The notes beneath the pieces are model-generated. The model was not told the DNA's origin. It did not search any database and saw only the letters and a program-made list of their open reading frames with translations. A DNA stretch of 64,000 bases, taken from assembly GCA_001949185.1 (NCBI GenBank), contig BDGG01000005.1, positions 993,101 to 1,057,100 of the forward strand, read 5' to 3'. Positions within the stretch are counted from its first letter, which is position 1. Every line of letters begins with the position of its first letter. The stretch comes from Ramazzottius varieornatus (taxonomy: Eukaryota > Animalia > Tardigrada). A program made the position numbers and the translations under genes. Below, piece after piece: positions 51,398-64,000 of the stretch.

Positions 51398-54093
51398 ATG
51401 GGAGGTGCAGTGTCCTCTGGCCGTGACAACGACGATTTGATAGGTATGAGTACGATACTGACCGTATTTTGCTCCTGTCCTGGGTTAATTTCCATCTGGT
51501 CATCTCAGATTCTATGCCCCACGCCCTTGGACAAGCTCATCGTTATTTTTTTCTAAATACGTTTCACCTACGAATGTTTCTTGCGCACGCAGATAATTTA
51601 GTGGAAGGAAACTTCATCAAGACCGAAGCTTTACAGCGGGTCTTCCGCTGCGTGGACCGTGCTCTGTATTACTTACCGGAAGAACGAGCACAAGCGTATC
51701 GGGATCAAGCGTGGCGCTATGGGACCTTGCATCTGTCAGCGCCATGCATCTACGCAGAAGTACTGGTAAGTACGTACTTCACACCGTATAAGGCATCACT
51801 CGGTAAATTTCCGAAAGTGTGTTGGACTCTTTTTCTGAATATGTTGGCTTCTATAGGGAAATCTCGGGCTGCAGCCAGGCATGTCCTTCCTGAACATCGG
51901 CAGTGGCACAGGCTACCTCAGCACATTGGCAGGTCTGATAGTTGGCTTGTACGGTGAGAACCACGGAGTGGAGATCCACGAGAGCAACGTCAAGTACTCG
52001 ATGGAGAGACTGCAGCACTTCCTCAAAGAGTCTGTAGCTTTACGCTACTATGACTTTGCCCAACCCAAGTTCATGGTTGGTAACGGGCTGGCTCTCGGAC
52101 CAGAGTTTCACGGAAGGTACGACCGCATCTATGTCGGTGCGGCTTGTGACGACGAAGAGTGTATTAAAAAGTTCTCGGAGATGCTGAAGATCGGAGGGGC
52201 CATGATTATCCCCACAGAACACTCGGTAGGACACTTAGTCGTTGTTCGCCCGTACTCAAGATTCATAACTGTGAGCGAAGGTTTTATTTTTTCTTTTCAG
52301 TTAGTCAAAGTGGAAAGAACATCTGCAACAGCGACAGCAACCACCAACTTAATGCAGTGTTCCTTCGCCTCGCTGATTCAACCGCAACCGTCCGCTCTCA
52401 GCGAATGTGTTCCTCGTAAGTATGGTGAAAAACTTCCGGTAAACCGAAAATGACGTGACAAAAATCCGGGATGTGGGCAAATGAATCGCGCCAGATCGTT
52501 CTTCCTCAAATGGCGCATCGGTCGATTTTTATTGGTTCGAAGTGTGCGCCACTTGGGAAAACCATTTGGTTCAGTTCATTTGCCCACGTCCTATTATCGT
52601 CTTACTCCATTTACTTATCTGTAGCTTTGAACTCTCCGCCGAAGTTGAAGTACATCTGCCGATCAGTGATTGTTCGGTCGATGCGGAACAGTGTCTTCTC
52701 CGAGTCGGCCGTTTACAGTGATCATCCATTGTGGATGCCGCGGACGACCAAGAAGCACGCCGAAGCGTCCAGTCGTCGACGATTGCATCGGGTGGTCTTT
52801 CCGTTGCTGTTGGCACAAGAGGATGGCGAAGATGAGCCGAGAATCGTTCTGGGTAATCCCATCAACACGAATGACAACGGCAACGATGCTCCCGCAGCTC
52901 ATGAGCTTCAGCAACCGGGGAGCTCACAGTCCGCCGAAGTGGCAGGAAGAAGCCAGTCGACCGGAAGTGAAGAGAGTGAAGTCGAACAAGCTGGTCAAGG
53001 TTTGGGCTCGTTGGAGATCGAGGTGACGGGAGACGCGGATACTGATGAAGATTTAGGTAGTAACGAAGATTTCTAGAATGATTTATTCCAAGCAATGTCG
53101 CACTGTCACTGTTTCTGTTAGTGCCGCATTCGGTCGCTTTCGAATACGCAGATGTGCGCTGGTTTGGCGAGTTTTATTTAGTGGCGCACTCTGCGGCGCT
53201 TTACCGTTGTGGTATGCGCCGGTAGCAATGGCTGCTTTATCGGTGGGGCATTCATCAGTGTTGTGATTTTTCTTTCAGAACTGCCTGATTACATCGAGGG
53301 CGGATATGGTCAGGGCATGGATATCGACGACCCAGCTCAAATAGCTCGAGATGAAGCTATTATGGCGGATCCCGTTGGTCGATTTAAGAACGGGAACTAT
53401 GACTTTTCTCCAGAAGTCCGTGCGAGAATGAGGAAACGAAGACTGTCAACTCGCACAGCGTCGGAGTCTCAGCCAGCCAACTCTACTGATCCGAAGCGGT
53501 AGGCGATTTTCTCCGCAATGTGTTGGACGGGGTTCTGTTGCCCTTTGTCTTATTTAGATGCCGCCCCAGTTGGTGCCGAGCACGACGTTGACGGGTGTTT
53601 TCATTGCGAAAAGCGAAAGCACTCTTTAAATCTGACTGGATTTTTTACTGGCCGTTGCACTGTTTTCAGAAGAACATCGACGGGACAGACTTCCACAAGT
53701 AGTCAGGCGTTACCTTCGACGTCCGAGAGGCCAATCGAGCTGGCTGCGCGTCGAGTGGCCGAGAGAGTGGGGAACCTCAGTGGGTACATGATGTCGGCCG
53801 AGATCGACGCTGGGTCAGAGACTTCATCGTCCAGCGTACAAGGAGGGACGTCGGAGAGGGCCATACTGACGCGACCACTAGGGGAGGATCGTGTGGGGGT
53901 CGAACGGGTGTCTACCGTGGTCGAGGACCCTGAGGTAGACGCAGTGCCGGATCCAAACTCGGCAGACTCGACACTTCCGTCAGCCTTGGCGATGGATGTA
54001 CGAATGGTGGAAGCTGTCCAGAGCCTACCCTTGCCGAAGTCCTTTCAGCGCTTCATCAACTTCGATCGACCTCTGGAAGAAGACTTGTGTTAG
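51398..54093 (+). CDS. PCMTD1: Protein-L-isoaspartate O-methyltransferase domain-containing protein (PCMTD1/2), multi-exon
   Basis: MGGAVSSGRDNDDLI|DNL, HLSAPCIY, SFLNIGSGTGYLST, NHGVEIH, YDRIYVGA; split SOCS box (PPKLKYICR ... LPLPKSFQRFI). Confidence 0.93.
52508..52554. repeat. Palindromic N25 element copy 10 (PCMTD1 intron)
   Basis: aaatggcgcat-N25-gtgcgccactt; arms gtgggcaaatgaa / ttcatttgcccac. Confidence 0.88.
53119..53224. repeat. Two adjacent degenerate palindromic units (N24 each; PCMTD1 intron)
   Basis: tagtgccgcat-N24-gtgcgct and tagtggcgcac-N24-atgcgcc, 60 bp apart. Confidence 0.5.
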
Positions 54094-54317
54094 AACCACG
54101 GTCAACTACCCCGTAAGAGAAACTGTCGTTATCGCACTTTGCAAAGGTAGTAAAGAATCTTTCTAATTACGAGCATATTAAAAAATAGTTATCATTTTTC
54201 GTTTGGGTCTGTACTTTGACGGTGGAGAACTTTCTTGTTTTACTACAATTGTGTTTCGTCGAAGGTTTTGGGTGCTATTTTGTACATACGATACAGGCTT
54301 GTCTATCTCTTCGGTAA

Positions 54318-54547
54318 TCAGGCCGAGCGAAGCGAGGCCCTTTTGAGTCTGCCGAGATTTCAATGGACGATCAGATTCTTCGAGCTTTCAGATATCGCAA
54401 ACACAGTACTGAAAAACCACGCCACTTGATCGGGGCGATCAAAAATTTGACTGGGGAACCGTACTGTGAGTCACAAGTAAAAGTGCTCGCTGTACAATGG
54501 TTTGCCTCCTTTGCTCGGCCTTTCCAGTGGTCAGAACCACTAGCTAG
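54318..54547 (+). mobile_element. Non-autonomous Helitron-like element copy 2 (230 bp)
   Basis: A|TCAGGCCGAGCGAAGCGAGGCC ... GTGGTCAGAACCACTAGCTAG|T: TC...CTAG termini in an AT site with no TSD. Confidence 0.78.
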
Positions 54548-55309
54548 TGTTTATGTGTGGTATGCTCCCGAAGTCAATAAAAATGGGTTCAGATGATTAA
54601 CGTCTGCGTTCTGATGATACGGACGACAGATGGGCGAATGCTAACATTAGGAGTGGATGGCGCTCGGTTCGAAGAGGATGTTTCCGGTCGTGATTTCAGC
54701 GAGATCACGATCCAGAGAACGAGTATAGTTAAGACAGGAATATGGATTAATTTTGTCTTGGAGTTTGGTTCAAGTCGTCTAGCTGCGATGTTTGACTGAA
54801 CTTCCGTTAAATATGTGTTTTATATTTGATTGGTGATTACAGTGATTACAGTCCGCCGACTGTTGTCTCAAACCACATAACGACCATAGATAAATATGTG
54901 CGGAAGTGTGGTGTACATTTGTTCAGCAGATGTGTTGCGTGCCGAATGTCTGTTGGAGGCTACAGCGGAAGATTAATGTTTGCCAGTATACAGCGCGTAA
55001 TTGTTGCGGCCCATCTGGCAGCAGTGGGGCGGTTCTCCCGTCACTGCCGCAAGTGCTAACCTCGCGACGGGTGGCCGCGCCATCTCCGAAAACCTTGAGC
55101 TAGACAAATACCATCATCGAGCGTGCCTACGCTTAAATTACCATATCCGCGGTCGACGCAATTGTGATACCCTTGGTTTCACACTGCATAATATTCTCGT
55201 TTTTTTTCACCAGACTGTTTTGTGAAGAAAAAGTTTCAAACCTTTTCAAATTTAGTTCAAGACCTCTGTATCGTTTTGTGACTTCCCAGCTAAAGTTCGA
55301 TTTTGAACT

Positions 55310-56280
55310 GATATGGATCGCTCCTGTGAGCCGACGAGGAAGAGACTCGACTGCCAGATTTGCGGTAAGAAGAATCGTACCGAAGGAGCTGATATACGAT
55401 TTGGTGGAAATCGTTTTGGAGATGCCGGAGAATGCTGAGCATATTAGATCATTTTGCAGGTTCCTTGTTCACTTCTCCGTCAACACTCAGTCGGCACAAG
55501 GATGTCCACTCAACAACGCGGCGCTTTGTCTGTTCCTTATGCGGGAAAGGCTACAAACAGCTAGCCGGATTAAGAGCTCATCAGACTGTACACACCGGAA
55601 ATGGGCACAAGTGCCAAATCTGTAGCAAAGGTACGCCGATTATGAAGTAATTCTGGTCAAGCGGTCATACCGCGCAATGCTCATCATCCCGATCGCTTCG
55701 CCTTTCTGCTTGTAGAATTCCGTCAAGATACAAATTTACGAATCCATATGAACGCCCACAGAAATATCAGACCTTACGGGTGCTTCAAATGCTCGAAGTG
55801 TTTTACACAGTCCAGCAACCTCAGATCGTGAGTATACAGATCGTGTAGTTTTGAGGTTTTCACTGAGTGGAACTTCTTCATAAAGTCGTTGCGTATCCGG
55901 ATCCCGAGGACCCTTACGTTGAACAATCGATGACACTCTGTCTTTTTATTAGTCACGTTTCGGCCGTACACCGCAGCTGTTACCGATGCTGGACTGAAAT
56001 TATGCCTAAGGACGATCTCAAGACCCACATCAAGGCATGCAAGACAGCTTGTGGTGTTGAGCCGTCCCGGAGCACTGAAATAGCAGAGCTCGACACCCAG
56101 CTCGTATCTCGCCTTCCATCCCGACTGTCACGATCTGTAGCGAACAAAGTCAGCGGGCTGAAGTCGGTGTTGGTCCTTTCCCAGACTGGTCTCAGAGTTT
56201 CGATGTCCGGGAACCGAAAGTGTCGTCTCCCTTATGAAAGGAAGATTCGAACTTATTCAGTTGCTGAAGCTAGAAAATGA
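55310..56280 (+). CDS. C2H2 zinc-finger protein (5' exons unresolved)
   Basis: Spliced fingers CQICG|SLFTSPSTLSRHKDVH, CSLCGKGYKQLAGLRAHQTVH, CQICSK|EFRQDTNLRIHMNAH, CFKCSKCFTQSSNLRS|HVSAVH. Confidence 0.8.
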
Positions 56281-56491
56281 TGACAGTAGCGAAGAAATTC
56301 GCAACGGGCCTTTGTCTTGTAGCCATGTAGCTGACTTTTCCAACGAGTTTGTTTAAACATTAAAATGTATAATGTGCACTGATGTAAAAGGCTAACATTC
56401 AGTAGACTAAAAAATAAACAAAAATTCGATTCAAGACGAAGAGGGATAAAAGGCGAGAGGACAAAGAAAAAGTAAAAAAGAGGAGCTAATA

Positions 56492-58770
56492 TCAAGCTGC
56501 CTTTGCAACAGCTACAAAAGGTATCTGGCTAGTTTCTACACACTGAAAATTATAGCAAGCTTTCCCACCCTTGGGATCACATAGCGTACCCGGAAGTGCC
56601 GGACCAAATTTCAGACTGTACGATGATCGAGGTTCGGCAACACTTTTCAGCCTGCATTCCAGAGCTTGGCACATGTCATTGCCCACACGGGTACCGGAGG
56701 CGAAAACCTCTTTGATATCTTGTCTTCTCCATTTTTTCGTAGTCATCCAGAATTCGCCGAAGAGAAAGTTGCACAAATTGCTTGGATCAATAGGTTTAGA
56801 CACCACACCTGCGGAAAGAGAGCCGAATAATCATCAAAATCAACAGCTATGTAATAATTCGTCCCAGTGACGTCACTGCGAAACCCAACGGTCAGAAGTG
56901 ACGAAGCGCGCGAGTTTGGTAGGTAAGCACAGCAACAAAGCGTCTGACCGTAGTAAATATGAGATCACACCTTTTATTGCTGTTTTGAATTCCAAGCTTG
57001 GGTTCGTGCGATCTGGTTCATCTTTCACCAAACAGCTGCTGCGGTCCTTCAAGGCCAATTTTAGTTCCTTGATGGCACACGGTGTGAGCTGCGGTGTGAT
57101 ACCTTTGGTAGCCCATGCGTTGCCGCTCCACGAAACGGATGACATGAAGGAGGACCTATTGGGATCTTTGGCTTCAAAGGGACAGGTACTGTCTTCTTCG
57201 TGATGGACACCAATGGAATGGAAGATTTCGTGAGCAGCAGAGAAGCTTGGTATGGCAGTGTTCATTTCAACGATGCTACAATGTCGCCGCTTTTGACAGG
57301 TGGTACCGATCCATGCCAGGCCGATGCAGTCGTTCAGTCGCTGCCCTTCCGGAATGTGTCCATGGCGCTTCGGCTGCTCGATACCCCCTGGAAACTTGAA
57401 TGGCTGCGGAAGATCCAACTGTGCTCCAGATCGCCTGTTCGATTGGTAAGCCACCAGACGCTTGGAGTTCACGTCGTAGATATCCAGGTAAGTCAAAGTC
57501 TGTGGAATGAAAGAAAATCGTGCAGTCTCCGTCGTCGATAGCATGAAAAATTTGACTTGACTCCAAAGATGATCGCAAGACTGCACATAGAATTGACAGT
57601 TGTGCTGTCGGTAAAACAATCAAACGAAAGGCGTATCGGGTTAAGCTGCTGGCATATTCTGCAATCTAGAACCCACGAAAGGCGTCCGCTATATTTTCGT
57701 ACCTGGACTTGGTCGTAGTCGATATTATTGTATGGTCCAGCACAAACGTTATCCAGGTACTGTTCCGCATGTTCAACTGCTCCCAAATCGTTTCTCTCTT
57801 GGGTGAAGAACCCGAGAGACTGAAGAGCCAGAGTCAACTTGACTTTCCTCCACAGGGTTCTCTCCTTATACATCAACTGGACGTCGTTGTAGAAACCGAT
57901 AACATAAAAGATCTGTTCTTCCTCTTTGGTGAATCCCCACTTCTTCAGCACTTCATACACACTATAATCAATCAGCACACCCAGCTTCATCGAGGCTTTT
58001 ATTGCTTTCTTCTTCTTCTTCTTCTTTTTCTTCTCGAACTGAAAAGCTTCTTCCTCGTCCTTTTCAGATACGTCCTGCGTCAACAGACTCGGTTGCATCC
58101 GGCTGACTTCGAACACGATGTGAGTAGCTAAATCTAGATCAGCCTCTTTCATGTCGAAATATGCCGCGAACTTTCGTACGAAACGTTCTTTTACAGGAAC
58201 TATTCGTAATAAACGGTCGGGTCCTTGGATCAAGCCGCGCATCCCATCTTTCGATATGGAGAACGCGCTGTTCGCTGCTTCGGCATCTTCACCGTCATCA
58301 TCAGCGTCAAAGTTATTCTCGGCGAAAGCATCGCTAGCCTTCGCTAAATAGTGTCTGCTGTAAAGATCCCTGTCTACGAGGTGTGTTCTACCTTCCTCGC
58401 CACTCTTGTCGTCGAAATACTTTACTGAGAACTCTTGCGATAACAGCCGATCATTCCGGTATGCATTGATTGTGTACTTCCGGTTGAAAGCTGTTATGTC
58501 AAATTCTAGTTTTGCGGGGAAGACCCAGTCGGTTTTATGTACGTAGGACGGGAAGTCACGATAAGCATCGTGGTAGGACGGAGAGGTTAGATCGTAGAGC
58601 GGCACTTCCGACGGATGGGATACACCGAAGTGATGAGCAAGATCCATTTGGTCCATATAGGTATGTATGTCATATTGAGGATTGAATGGACCCGCCAACA
58701 AACTATCGGTCAAAACAAGCAAGCAGAAAGATAAACCATATTCGGCTACAAAATTAACGTTAGCTTTCAT
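56492..58770 (-). CDS. Secreted reprolysin/ADAMTS-like metalloprotease (sona-type, no TSP1 repeats seen); exons 58770-57703, 57499-~56971, ~56808-56492
   Basis: Signal peptide, prodomain YDIHTYM...HFGV...VPLYDL, zinc motif HEIFHSIGVHH, Met-turn FMS, Cys-rich GPALPGTLCD...CYNFQCV. Confidence 0.87.
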
Positions 58771-59020
58771 TGCTCATTTTCTGAAAGTTCTTCTTTCCAG
58801 CAGCGGCAGTGTTCATTTCAATGCACTTCTGACCTCCACGAAAGAGCAAGGTCACAAACAGCGGGATCATTCATAGCAACCTCCACATTCGGCGAAGCAA
58901 TAACACGAAGGAAGAAGGATAAGAAGAAGAAGAATAAGAAGCAGAAAATTATGGAAGACTGATTCACACAAAACACTTCGAGAATTCGAAAACAGCATTG
59001 TAACTAGCCACATCACAACT

Positions 59021-62000
59021 CTATCCCAGCACTGGGTTCTTGGACGCAGCAGAAGTCGGGTCAGCCTTTGGTACACATTTAAAATTAAAACATACTTTTT
59101 CCCCAGATTTGTCACACCGCGTAGCAGTAAGAGCTGGGCCAAACACCCATTTAGATGGAGACGCTTTCGAATCTTTTTCCCGAGCCCCACACACTAAAGA
59201 TTTACAGATTTCTGGTAAGTCGGGTTTCTCGGCAAAGACTTGCGGGTCCTTCCAGCGCTTAGTCCTCTGGAACAACGAGTAACCCTTCGCTTTACAAACT
59301 TCATCTGCCGTTAGAACCTTCTTATCCAACACACCTAAAACAACAAGAGGAACAATTCAAAATAGGTCCAGCATAGTACTTCGACAAAAGTATGATATTC
59401 AATGTTTTAATACTTTTGAGATGTTTTTGATAGAACTTTCCACTATCACTTGCTGGACTCTTGATCAGACACTTCCCATCCCCTTTCAGGTAGTTGACCA
59501 ATTCCTGAACAGCGCATGTGGACACCGAAGGCGGCTGGGCAGACTCGCTCCACCCGGACTTCATCGGCTGATTGGGTACCACGAAAGACGTCGGGTTCTT
59601 CGCCAACGGACACCCATTGGAGCCTTCATGCTGCATCCCCAAAGCATGCGCCAACTCGTGAGCAATGTTGATACTGGGAGTAAAGGAAGCCATCTCAATC
59701 ACCGAACAGTGATGCTTGAACGAGCAGGTCGAGCCCAATAACGCCAGCCCGACCGCATCGTACACTCTCTGCTCTTCCGGTATCTTGCTCGAATCTGTGA
59801 TATCCCCTGAATACCAACTTTTCGTTGTTGTTTTGTTATCAAATTGCACATCTTTTTCGTTTTCTAGGTCGAGAGTCTCGTCGATGGATCTTCTGCGAAG
59901 TCCAGCTGTTGGGTTCAGTTCGAACAAGTCCAGCATGGTCAAGGCTTGGACGTGGTCGATGTTCTTCCTGGTTGGGCTGTTCAGCGGACCATTACACAGA
60001 CTGTGCAGGTAGTTGGTGGCGTATGGGTCGGGTTTCACGTCTTTTCCCTTTCCGTCTGCGATGAACTCGACAGCACCAATCTCGATAGTCATATCCACCT
60101 TTTGTGAGATGGGACTAGCTTTGTAGAAGGCTTGAACCTCGTTATACATGGCGAGAACCAGGAAGGTCTTCGTGTCTTTGTTCTTGATACCTATACCTTC
60201 CAGCGCGGAATAGTAGCTGTAATCCACAACCGGGTAAATAGAGATGACAGCACGGAGGGGAAAAGTGTCCAGCTTGGGCTTCTGCGTGGTAGTGGTGGGT
60301 ACTATTTTTGGTGTTGTCGGTTTTTTTGTGGTAGTGGTGGTTGTTCTCGTCGTAGTTTTGACCGTTGTTGTTCTTTTCCGTGTATGTGAAGGTTTCCGTT
60401 CTTCTTCGTTGCCACCAACGTTTTTCCTGCGCTTCTTGTGGTTGGTCTTTCTGTTGTGGTGTTCTCGATTAACCGGCTTTCTTGGCCGCTCTCCAGGAGG
60501 AGGGGGAGGTCGACGGGAACTGCTCTCCTCTGGTGGTGGGCGAGGTTTTCGAGGTCGTCGTTCTTGATTTGGTGGGCGCTTCCGACGCGGTGGCGGGCCG
60601 CCATCCCGGTTACCTTCTCGTCGTTCGGGTGGTCGCTTGCGATCGGGAGGACGGCCTTCTCCGGGGCGTGGCGGTGGACCTCGTCCTTCGAGATTATCGG
60701 CTGGTGGACGCTGTGGTGGTGGCGGTCTGTGGTGAGGAGGGAGAGGTGGCGGTAACGGTGGTTCGTGACGTGGTGGTGGTGGTGGTGGTGGTGGTGGTGG
60801 TGGTGGAGGTGGTGGTGGCGGTCCGCGATGAGGTGGCGGAGGTCCCGGCATGACAATAGGTGGTAAGTTGATGGGCCCGCGACCATGATGGCCTGGAGGT
60901 GGTCTGTGGTGTGGGGGGCCAGGAGGTGGACCAAAGGGTGACTGGTGCGGTGGTGGTCGGTGTGGCATGTTCCGAGGACCATCTCTGTCTTCGTGTCGTG
61001 GCGGCGGCCCATAAGCGTTCGTTGGACGAGCCGATCGGCCATCTTCCCGGTGTGGACGTCGAGGGTCATCGCGATCGCGGTCGCGAGAAGGTTCTGATGC
61101 TGATCTAGCGTAACCGCCTTTTGGACGAACTGACCTGCTCTCTTCTCGGTCACGAGCGTTGCTTTTTCGTGGTCGATCGCGGGATGGTTCCGATTGGGAG
61201 TTTGCGTAACCACCTTTCGGACGAACTGATCGCGGACCGTCACGTCGATCATCATATCCACGCTGAAATTCAAAGCCTCCTTGCTGCTCTTCTTCCGGAT
61301 AGTACAGGCTTCGACTGTACCTCTCGTGAAGATCCCGGACTGTTTTCGAGGCGACCGGGTAAATCAGGTGCAGGTGTTCGAATTGTTCGGGGGTATCGAA
61401 GTTGGCCAAATATCGTCGGGCGACATTGGGTCGTAACGGCACAAGGCGATACAGTTGGCTGTCTAGATCCAACAAGCCACGAAGTCCGGCTGCCGAAGTT
61501 GACAATGCCCCACGTGTAACCTCGGTAGACCTTTCATCTTCCGGGTATATTCGCTTGACTCGGCTTAGGTAATGACTACGTGTGACACTGTGCGGCGGGA
61601 TATGGGAAGATATGCGACCAGACGAGCTGTGGTGAACCTGATGCCAACAACAAGGAAACCTCTGGGCGGTGAAGATAACCACAGCGGAATAGGATATGAA
61701 TGGAACGGATGAAAATTAAGCATTTCGAGTTGTGGCGCACCTGATAGTAAAATTCGGGAGAAACAAGGACGTCGTTCCTGGTGGCGTGGATAGAGTATTT
61801 CGTATTGAACACTTCGATGTCGAAATGGAGTTTCGCTGGATGAACCCAGTCGCGTTCCTGTGCGTGATGAGGGAAGCTACGGTAAGGTGCAGCATAAGAA
61901 GGAGTGGATAAGTCGTAGTCGGGAACACGATCTACAGAGTCGACTCCAAAGTGGAACTGGAGATCACCAACTGTCATATACTTGTGAAGATCATACTGTG

Positions 62001-62112
62001 GAGCGCTTTCGACTTGCAGCAGGAAGGAAAAGAGGAAAGTGGTGCAACAAAGGAAGCACCAAGGAAGAAGTGATAAGTCGTGTATAGCGTCCGGTGAGAG
62101 CGAAAATCGCAT
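59021..62112 (-). CDS. Second tandem reprolysin/ADAMTS-like protease with a large Pro/Arg/Thr-rich insert; exons 62112-61741, ~61638-59414, ~59334-59021
   Basis: Paralogous prodomain YDLHKYM...HFGV...VPDYDL, zinc motif HELAHALGMQH, GPALTATRCD...CFNFKCV. Confidence 0.87.
60770..60820. repeat. (GGT)n microsatellite encoding poly-Pro on the minus strand
   Basis: ggtggtggt... with one gga interruption. Confidence 0.95.
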
Positions 62113-62550
62113 CCCTGGTATGCGCTCATTGCTATTGACTATGTCGAAGGTTCTCCCGTATAAACACAGTCACTTCCGCTTAGATTGAAAAAGCACTAGA
62201 AGCACAACACACCGACGCACATCTTTCACGTTATTAACCAGGTAAGTCGACAGTGTGAAGAATGGCTGCCGTTCGCAGCAAAAGTTGCTGTAACAACATC
62301 TACAAGTGGAAGATACAACACACCAATCTAAACATTTTCTCCGCCTGCAACATAACGAGCCTGCAAAATAACGAGACGAACGCCAGAGCACCAAAACCAA
62401 ATTTCATAAGGACGAAAGTTGGCTCCAGCAAAACCGATGTTTCGTTATAAACAAGTCAAACGAAAGACTGTAAAGCAAGCTAAACCTGTTCTTTCGGATT
62501 CTCCGCGAAAAAATGGGGATAAACCAGAGCAAAAAGTCCCTCCGAATATC

Positions 62551-63385
62551 TTATCCACAGGCAAGTTTCTGTTTCGTTAAGCCCGCAATACCCTTGGTGC
62601 TAGCATCGGCCACACCATGCATCATCCGTCGCCTGATGGCTGGATTGTCTTTCTGCATCTGCACCAGCGCCACAAAGTCCAGGATGTAGATGTGTCCAGC
62701 CAGCATCACTTCCAGGGAACTCTGGCCTTTACTAACGGCGTCGTCGATAGCTGCCGAAGTTCGCTCGTCATACTGCCACCAACCACCGCCTCGACCTTCG
62801 TAGAACCATCCCAGCGGGCCTTGAAGCGCAGAGGACTCGTCGTCATCGTCATGCAGGTGAATGACAGTAACTGTGGGAATGGTGGGTGGGGCCTTCTTGG
62901 AGGGTTTCGTTTTCTTGGAAGAAGGGCTTGGATGGTCGAAGCGTCTTTTCTGCTGTTTCAGTGACTTTCCGTCGGGACCCACTAACGTCGGACTTTCGAT
63001 CGCCTTCGGGTCTATCTTTGCTCGACATAGCGGACAGTTTCCGTCCAGAACGAAGCATCCCTTGATACACAAGAAACCTGGAAAGCGTTCAATGATACTT
63101 CCATCTTCTCTGAAAGTTCAGAGTGAAATGGCATTGCTTACAGAATATATGGGAACATGGCAGCTTCACTGGATGCAATGCGGTTTCCGCGCATACGCAG
63201 CAGTCCACCGAGCTCTGAGAGTCTGTCAAGGCTTTGACGTCTCTGCAATCTACATTGGCCAGACTGGAAGATGATATCTTGGACGGTGAGGCTGAAGCTG
63301 AACTCCGGCTTGAGACTGGAGTATCGTCCGTTACTACTGCAGATCCTTCGTCGTCTGACTCGTCCGTGTAGTCCGGCGCGCTCAT
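62551..63385 (-). CDS. RNF146: E3 ubiquitin ligase RNF146 (RING + WWE); intron 63078-63141; possible additional 5' exon
   Basis: CCVCAETALHPVKLPCSHIFC|FLCIKG...CPLCR RING; WFYEGRGGGWWQYDERTS...AGHIYILDF WWE; KGIAGL. Confidence 0.93.
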
Positions 63386-64000
63386 TCTGAATTTCTGCTC
63401 CCCAGTCTTCGACGAACTGGTCGCGGTCTCCACCTGTAACAAAAAGCTGACAGTCAGAGGTAGCGGTTTCGCCAAGGAACGAATGGAGGCATGAATGAAT
63501 GGAAGAGATATACATTATTTCGTGGTTTGTTTTGGTTTGCTCCGGTTGAATGACAGCGGACCCGCTCTTGCTTCCATCGCTCGGTAAATGGATTTCGCTT
63601 TCGAGGCTTGTTCGGAGTGATGCACGGATTGTTCTAACCAGGCGGACCCGCCTTTTGACTGGGTGGAGCGCTTTGAGCGCAGTATGGAATGTATGGTGGT
63701 TGTACGTACCGAATCCGAGCGATCACGTCACAGACAGGAAAATAGGTTTGTTTACGAGGTAGACTCCATAATTATGTCAGGGTGAAATTTACACCATAAT
63801 TCGGTCAGGACAGTGGTGTGCGGGGGCAGCAGTGTCGCAAGCATTAGCGATCCGTGCTGAGCCTGATACCGTACTACGTTTATGTGCTGTTGGACGGGAA
63901 AACTCTGGGAGAATTTGAACTGCACTATTTCGATTTAATTCTACCTTTCTGATCCCTAAATTCTCTGATCACCTGAGCAAATCATCAGCAAAGTACAACA

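Noticed and set aside
54906-55103. MCCVPNVC start resembling a THAP domain
   Set aside because: Downstream THAP residues (W, C..HF, AVP) not seen
60302-61273. 323-aa His-rich ORF and opposite-strand poly-Val/Trp-rich ORFs
   Set aside because: Alternative-frame readings of the Pro-rich, (GGT)n-containing exon of the protease gene

Overview
Compact, intron-containing animal (arthropod-like invertebrate) genomic DNA; no CRISPR or rRNA seen. Recognisable genes, left to right: POP4/Rpp29, MCTP, a small secreted Gly-zipper peptide, TDO2/vermilion, NK1/slouch homeobox, ARL6IP1-like, REXO5-like exonuclease, a secreted Gly/Cys-rich precursor, an EF-hand-like protein, tRNA-Lys(CTT), HDHD1/PUDP, an RDH13-like SDR, PCMTD1, a C2H2 zinc-finger gene, two tandem reprolysin/ADAMTS-like (sona-type) proteases and RNF146. 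Three things stand out. (1) An 8-exon minus-strand gene (16872-11830, 1323 aa by hand splicing) joins four exon-modular Myb/SANT-like repeats, an unannotated ~95-aa domain and four BEN-like repeats. It has a head-to-head disabled paralog sharing a 138-bp perfectly identical tract, plus two further relics. (2) A dispersed ~125-bp palindromic element occurs 14 times, mostly in introns. Its inverted boxes (AAGTGGCGCAC/GTGCGCCACTT) are exactly 25 nt apart in 10 copies although the spacer and arms have diverged. (3) There are two inverted copies of a 1.1-kb TIR element (Sola-like termini) and two copies of a 230-bp Helitron-like element. Splicing, domain calls and identities were read by eye, and no database search was run.
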